From positions 1,080,001-1,112,000 of the forward strand of contig JBAZVE010000001.1 of the NCBI GenBank assembly GCA_041661045.1: a DNA stretch of 32,000 nucleotides. The letters run 5' to 3'. This document shows, one piece after another, positions 27,634 to 32,000 of the stretch. A model generated the notes under the pieces. The model saw only the letters and a program-made list of their open reading frames with translations, did not search any database and had not been told where the DNA came from. Every line of letters begins with the position of its first letter. Position 1 is the first letter of the stretch. Position numbers and translations under genes: made by a program. This stretch comes from Candidatus Saccharimonadota bacterium. GTDB taxonomy: Bacteria; Patescibacteriota; Gracilibacteria; UBA1369; 2-02-FULL-48-14.

Positions 27634-28743
27634 ATGGCAACTTCAATGAAAAATTTCACCATTATTCTGGCCTCTTTATTTAGCCTTATTTTTGGTGCGG
27701 TTGGCGGTGGACTCACGAGTTTTCTTATTCTTTCGCAATTTGAGCCTGAACCTGCGGAGACCGTCATTAATTTTGAAAATGGTTCTTATAAATCTGTGTG
27801 GGAGGCGGCATCTCCCGCCGTTGTCTCCGTGGTGGCTTTTAAGGATGTGAAGGGAGAGCTTGTGGAGATGAGCAGCGGAACGGGATTCATCATCACTCCG
27901 GATGGTTTCTTGGTGACCAACAAACATGTGGTTGCGGATGATGGGGCCACTTATATTGTGATTTTGGAAGACGGGACTCAGTTGGATGCCGAGGTTTTGG
28001 ACAGAGACAGTCTCAATGATATTGCTTTGGTTCAGATCACCGGGGAAGATGAGCGCTTGGGTTCCCTCCCTGCTTTGGATTTTGCCGATTCCGATCAAAT
28101 CAGTGTTGGAGATCCTGTGGTGGCCATCGGGAACGCTTTGGGTGAATATTCCAACACCACAACAGTGGGCATTATTTCAGCTACAGGGCGAGAAATCATT
28201 GCTTCCAGTGGTTTTGGCAGCAGCGAAAATTTGGTGAATTTGATTCAAACGGATGCGGCCATCAACCCCGGCAATAGCGGTGGGCCTCTTCTTAATATGA
28301 ATGCCGAGGTGGTGGGCATGAACACGGCCATCGATACTACGGCCAGCGGGATTGGATTTGCCATTCCTGCCAATGATATTGCCACGGTGGTGAAGTCGTA
28401 TCAGGAATTTGGTCGCATCGTACGGCCTTTTGTTGGGGTTCGTTACATTCCCGTAACGCCCGCCGTTCAAGAACGGTTCCAGATTGAAGCGGAGAGTGGG
28501 ATGCTTATTATTGGAGATCTAAAAGCCGGAGCTCCGGGCGTTGTGGAAGACAGCCCTGCCGATGACGCGGGATTAAAAGAAAAAGATGTGATTTTGGAGG
28601 TGGAGGGCAAGGCGCTCACCACCACTTACTCCCTCGCCAATGCCATTGCCGGCTATTTGGTGGGCGAAACCATCACACTCAAAGTCTGGCGTGATGGCGA
28701 AATCCTTTCCATCCAAGTGAAGCTGGAAGAGAGCGCTCAGTAG
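27634..28743 (+). CDS. htrA: HtrA/DegP-family serine protease with one PDZ domain
   Basis: N-terminal TM anchor. Catalytic triad contexts TNKHVV (His), DIALVQI (Asp) and GNSGGPLLN (Ser). C-terminal PDZ segment (PADDAGLKEKDVILEVEGK). Confidence 0.9.
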   Translation: MATSMKNFTIILASLFSLIFGAVGGGLTSFLILSQFEPEPAETVINFENGSYKSVWEAASPAVVSVVAFKDVKGELVEMSSGTGFIITPDGFLVTNKHVVADDGATYIVILEDGTQLDAEVLDRDSLNDIALVQITGEDERLGSLPALDFADSDQISVGDPVVAIGNALGEYSNTTTVGIISATGREIIASSGFGSSENLVNLIQTDAAINPGNSGGPLLNMNAEVVGMNTAIDTTASGIGFAIPANDIATVVKSYQEFGRIVRPFVGVRYIPVTPAVQERFQIEAESGMLIIGDLKAGAPGVVEDSPADDAGLKEKDVILEVEGKALTTTYSLANAIAGYLVGETITLKVWRDGEILSIQVKLEESAQ

Positions 28744-28760
28744 AGGGTAGATCAATGAGA

Positions 28761-29531
28761 CTATAGTGCCATCTCGCTGAATGTTTTCTCTGTTACTTGA
28801 AGGAGTTCTCCATCCTCACTAGAGCTAAGATAGCCCTGGTCTATCATCTCTTGGGTTACAGCCAATAAATCTGACCCTGAATTGTATTGCTGTACTGCAG
28901 CCCATGTCCCGTATCGTTTAACAGTGAGTAAGATAGCATACTTTCGTTTGCCAAGCACCTCTTCAGCAGAGGGTCTTTCAGGTCGAAGGCTACCATCTGG
29001 AGCAATGAAATTAGTATCCCTTCCTGGTGCTCCATTTGACATGTCTACGGCTGGCAAGTTTAGCCTGGCAAGCTTTAGACCTACCCAGCCTTGAAGCTCG
29101 CCAAGATCAGGACTTAATGGAGTCTCATGAGTCTGAAATAATTCGAGCCATTTTCTCGAAATATCCTTTGATCTTCGCAAAATATCTCCCCATTCAGTCG
29201 GATACTTTACATCCACTCCTGCACTCATTAGGTGGGTAGGTCCTTCCATTGAGAAACCCGCCAAATGTATAGGGCGCGTTTTCATTAACCGGATATATCT
29301 TTCTACTAATGCTGTTCGTTCTTCTACAGGTCTCTGCTTGTCTCCTGCTACTGCCAGATCATGCTCTGCCTGATCCAACGCTTCACGGGTGGTTTGCATA
29401 TCAGCTTTCATTTTAGTGTCTAAGTCGTCATGACTTGTAGCTTCCATATATTCTAAGTTATAGATTAATCTGTCAAAGATAGTATCATTATAATATATTT
29501 GATCTATAAAGTCAAATGGAGCGTTGAGCAC
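28761..29531 (-). CDS. Hypothetical protein (256 aa, GTG start)
   Basis: Long ORF with no competing frame. No family recognised. Confidence 0.5.
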   Translation of the reverse strand: MLNAPFDFIDQIYYNDTIFDRLIYNLEYMEATSHDDLDTKMKADMQTTREALDQAEHDLAVAGDKQRPVEERTALVERYIRLMKTRPIHLAGFSMEGPTHLMSAGVDVKYPTEWGDILRRSKDISRKWLELFQTHETPLSPDLGELQGWVGLKLARLNLPAVDMSNGAPGRDTNFIAPDGSLRPERPSAEEVLGKRKYAILLTVKRYGTWAAVQQYNSGSDLLAVTQEMIDQGYLSSSEDGELLQVTEKTFSEMAL

Positions 29532-29624
29532 TCAGTAGATAGAAAGCTCGTGTTTTCTGCACCTCGGGATGATCAAACTCTTTTCTTTCGCCCAATCTGT
29601 TTCCCAGCTCAGTTAAGCATCCCC

Positions 29625-31136
29625 TCAGTAAGGGAAGGGAATCAGCTGATTGCGGTTTTTATACCTGGCTTCAAAGCTCATGCGGGGGAGGGCTACATTT
29701 ATCTTTTTGTAGAATTTGATTTCGTTCCCCTGAAATTTGAAAGCCTTTTGAGTAACGGGGCAGAGGAAGGTGAAGCTGGTGATGTCGCCCTGAACTTGGC
29801 TCACCAGGTCCGGAATTTGTTCCACCGATAAAATCCCTTCGGGCAGCTTCGTTGTTTTTTGGGCTTCCGCCTCAGGGAAATAATCCTGAGCCAGGCTGTC
29901 TTCATAAGGGAAGTGTGAGAATTCTTCCGGAAAGAATTCACCGTATTCGCCGGTTTTCATCATGTGGTCTTTGATTTTGGGGATCAGGGCCTTGTATTCC
30001 TCTTCGGTGTACTGCTTGTTGAAGATGCAGAACTTGGCTTTTTTCAGGCCCACGCAGCCAAAGCAGTCTTCACAGGCCCAACAACTTTCACAATATTCCA
30101 AGTTGCTGCTGTACATGCAGTAGGTGCAGAATTTGAGGTCATAACAGCCCGCGATGGTGATGGCTTCATACATGAGTGCTGTTTTCATCCCATAAGCAAA
30201 GAAGTCGTAGGAATCTTTTGTATCCACGCTGTTGAGCACGAAGCGGCAATCCTCACAGTTGGAAACGGTATAGCAGTCGGTGCAGTTTTTGCTGTTGTAA
30301 ATGGACTCGCCACTGCAGTTCTCGGAGTTCAAAATGATGTGACGCATCTTGGGCCATTGCGCCGAAAAATCTTCCCACACTTTTTTTGCCGCTTGCAGCC
30401 CCGCGTAGGAATCCAAACGGTACTCTTTGATTTTTTCCTGATACTCTTCTTTGCTGTATTTTTGATTGAAGAGGCAGAATTCCTGATGATCCAGTCCGTA
30501 ACAAAACATGGAATTTTTGGTGCTTCGACAGTTGCGGAGGAAAGCACCATCACTGCAACTTTCGCAGTCATCGGAAAATTTGAGGTTGTAGCAGTTTTTT
30601 ACATTTACGCATTCGTAGCAAAGCTGGGAAAGGATGATATTGTGGCAGTCCACGCAATCCTGGCATTTGTCCCCAAATTTCAGGTACATGCAATCTTGGT
30701 CTTCTTCGGAGTTGAAAATAAAGTAGCAATTGCGACAGTTTCCGCAGTGGTTGCTGTACTCAGAATTTTCTTCGTTCCCCGCCGTGGCCTTGTGCATGCG
30801 CGGGGCTTTGAGCCACAGCTCCTTAAACTGTTCAAGGAACGAGCGATTGAAATCAAATGCCTCCAATTTTGGCACTTCGTGCGCCTGTTTTTGCCATTCG
30901 TCCGTGTGAAAAACAGGGAAGGGCGCATCGGGCCGAATATTGGATACAATTTGCTTCCCGCTGGCGTCACATGTGCGCGCGTAGAGCTTGCGTTCATTTC
31001 GAAAGGAAAGCCGTCGCTTCAACCGATCTTTTGGACACAACTTTGGCGCCGGCACGCCTCGCTTGGTGTAGTACGCTTGATCTCTCTCATCGATTTCAAA
31101 AGTTTGTGAGCAACGAGGACAGGTGAGGGTGGGCAT
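29625..31136 (-). CDS. Cysteine-rich protein with an N-terminal zinc-ribbon-like module and a duplicated Cys-repeat core (503 aa)
   Basis: CPRC...CPKDRLKRRLSFRNERKLYARTC at the N-terminus. About 34 Cys by my count, many in CxxCxxC strings (CGNCRNC, CQDCVDC, CESCWACEDCFGC). Two homologous halves each end in FC[LI]FN[QK][KQ]Y[ST][KE]EEY. Confidence 0.75.
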   Translation of the reverse strand: MPTLTCPRCSQTFEIDERDQAYYTKRGVPAPKLCPKDRLKRRLSFRNERKLYARTCDASGKQIVSNIRPDAPFPVFHTDEWQKQAHEVPKLEAFDFNRSFLEQFKELWLKAPRMHKATAGNEENSEYSNHCGNCRNCYFIFNSEEDQDCMYLKFGDKCQDCVDCHNIILSQLCYECVNVKNCYNLKFSDDCESCSDGAFLRNCRSTKNSMFCYGLDHQEFCLFNQKYSKEEYQEKIKEYRLDSYAGLQAAKKVWEDFSAQWPKMRHIILNSENCSGESIYNSKNCTDCYTVSNCEDCRFVLNSVDTKDSYDFFAYGMKTALMYEAITIAGCYDLKFCTYCMYSSNLEYCESCWACEDCFGCVGLKKAKFCIFNKQYTEEEYKALIPKIKDHMMKTGEYGEFFPEEFSHFPYEDSLAQDYFPEAEAQKTTKLPEGILSVEQIPDLVSQVQGDITSFTFLCPVTQKAFKFQGNEIKFYKKINVALPRMSFEARYKNRNQLIPFPY

Positions 31137-31167
31137 AAGAATTTTAAATTATTAAAGTTAATATTAT

Positions 31168-31503
31168 TCACCAGGAGGTGAGAGTGAGGCCGGGTAGCAT
31201 CGCCATTACCCACCCCGATATGCTCTCCCCATTTTCCATGTTGATTGTGAATGCGACGCAATCTCCCTGTTGCATGAAGATTAAGTCCTTCACCCGGTCT
31301 CTTATTTTTGATATGTTGTAAACTCTTCCCTCCAAGATCTTATTGCCGTCTACTACTCTATAGACTTGCCCATCTTCAACAGAGAAGTCTGCTTGATTTA
31401 TACTATCAACGCCTCGATAGATCCCACGGTGCCTCTGTGCAGTCTCAACTTCTTTTATTATTTCTTCTCTCTTTGGCCCATCGATGGGCGTAAAATAGGG
31501 CAT
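31168..31503 (-). CDS. Hypothetical protein (111 aa)
   Basis: ORF with an ATG start, in tandem with neighbouring minus-strand genes. No family recognised. Confidence 0.4.
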   Translation of the reverse strand: MPYFTPIDGPKREEIIKEVETAQRHRGIYRGVDSINQADFSVEDGQVYRVVDGNKILEGRVYNISKIRDRVKDLIFMQQGDCVAFTINMENGESISGWVMAMLPGLTLTSW

Positions 31504-31518
31504 AAGATGGTATTAATT

Positions 31519-31947
31519 TTATTCCCAGCAAGTGACAGCGAATTTGGGTTTGGGGTCTTCTAGCATTAGCTCTACAGTACAGGCTGTAGTCCGCTCGGTT
31601 TCTTCTGAGAATCCGTTTAAGGATTGCCTGGTTTCTTCTCTGACATTTGTAAGCCTCGCTACCACTTCAGTACCTACCGGTTCAAGCCGATGGGGAATCA
31701 CTTCTTTGCTCGCTACTTCCACTCCCGGTAACTGGTCTGCCTCCTCCACCAAGTCTAGGACTTGAGGTTGGCAGGCAGTGAATGTGAGAAGTAGTGGTAG
31801 GGTTTTTAACATGAGTAGTATTGCGATTATAATCAAGTTCGACTTCGGATTATTCCTCTTCACCAATAAAGGAGGGAAGTTTTCTAGCTCTCCTTCGGTT
31901 AGTTCTTTGTTGGTCAAATGGTACAACTTGCCCTTTAAGTGCAGCAA
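31519..31947 (-). CDS. Hypothetical protein, possibly a small lipoprotein if it starts at 31812
   Basis: The internal Met at 31812 gives MLKTLPLLLTFTAC, a lipobox-like signal peptide, with TATAAT 13 nt upstream. The longer form from 31947 adds 45 aa of unclear validity. Confidence 0.4.
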   Translation of the reverse strand: MLHLKGKLYHLTNKELTEGELENFPPLLVKRNNPKSNLIIIAILLMLKTLPLLLTFTACQPQVLDLVEEADQLPGVEVASKEVIPHRLEPVGTEVVARLTNVREETRQSLNGFSEETERTTACTVELMLEDPKPKFAVTCWE

Positions 31948-32000
31948 GGTCTGTATGTATTTCCTCCATAGTTGGAAGGAAGGCTACTGTCCATCCGCTT

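Noticed and set aside
29964-31109. 381-aa plus-strand ORF opposite the Cys-rich gene.
   Set aside because: It is the mirror image of the Cys codons (TGC/TGT read as GCA/ACA), giving an Ala/Val/Phe-rich low-complexity product. The minus-strand frame has organised CxxC repeats, an internal duplication and a longer ORF.
28750-32000. The right-hand block of hypothetical genes as a compositionally distinct, horizontally acquired island.
   Set aside because: A hand count of one 100-nt sample (28761-28860) gave 44% GC, which to my eye does not differ obviously from the rest of the window. There are no flanking tRNA, integrase or repeats. I cannot support the claim without computed statistics.

Overview
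The window most likely comes from an uncultivated, monoderm, CPR/Patescibacteria-like bacterium. That placement is an inference from a divergent 16S, a secretin-less pilus locus, PrgI/VirB4-like genes and mostly Shine-Dalgarno-less starts. UGA is a stop codon here. Left to right: (1) A partial 16S rRNA (1-1187) has its own terminator. A gene-filled spacer of about 3.8 kb follows, holding 5 CDS plus tRNA-Ile and tRNA-Ala on the opposite strand. Then comes 23S-5S (about 5030-8186) with its own promoter and a boxB/boxA-like leader, so the rrn operon is split. The inserted block is bracketed by a 16/17-nt direct repeat. (2) A 9-kb type IV pilus locus (8296-17261) reads pilB, pilC, four minor pilin-like genes, a PilM-PilN fusion, a PilO-like gene, a small membrane ORF and the major pilin. 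One minor pilin is a 629-aa pilin/PilX-like/LVIVD beta-propeller fusion. (3) A minus-strand operon encodes a PrgI-like protein, a VirB4 N-terminal-domain-only protein and a divergent SpoT-type HD protein. (4) Housekeeping and signalling genes follow: lepA, an orphan family-5 substrate-binding lipoprotein, a HAMP-PP2C phosphatase, a GNAT, glyA, 5-formyl-THF cyclo-ligase and htrA. (5) Four minus-strand hypothetical genes close the window, including a 503-aa cysteine-rich, internally duplicated protein. I found no CRISPR array, transposase or integrase. All functional calls rest on motifs read by eye from the supplied translations; no database search was possible.
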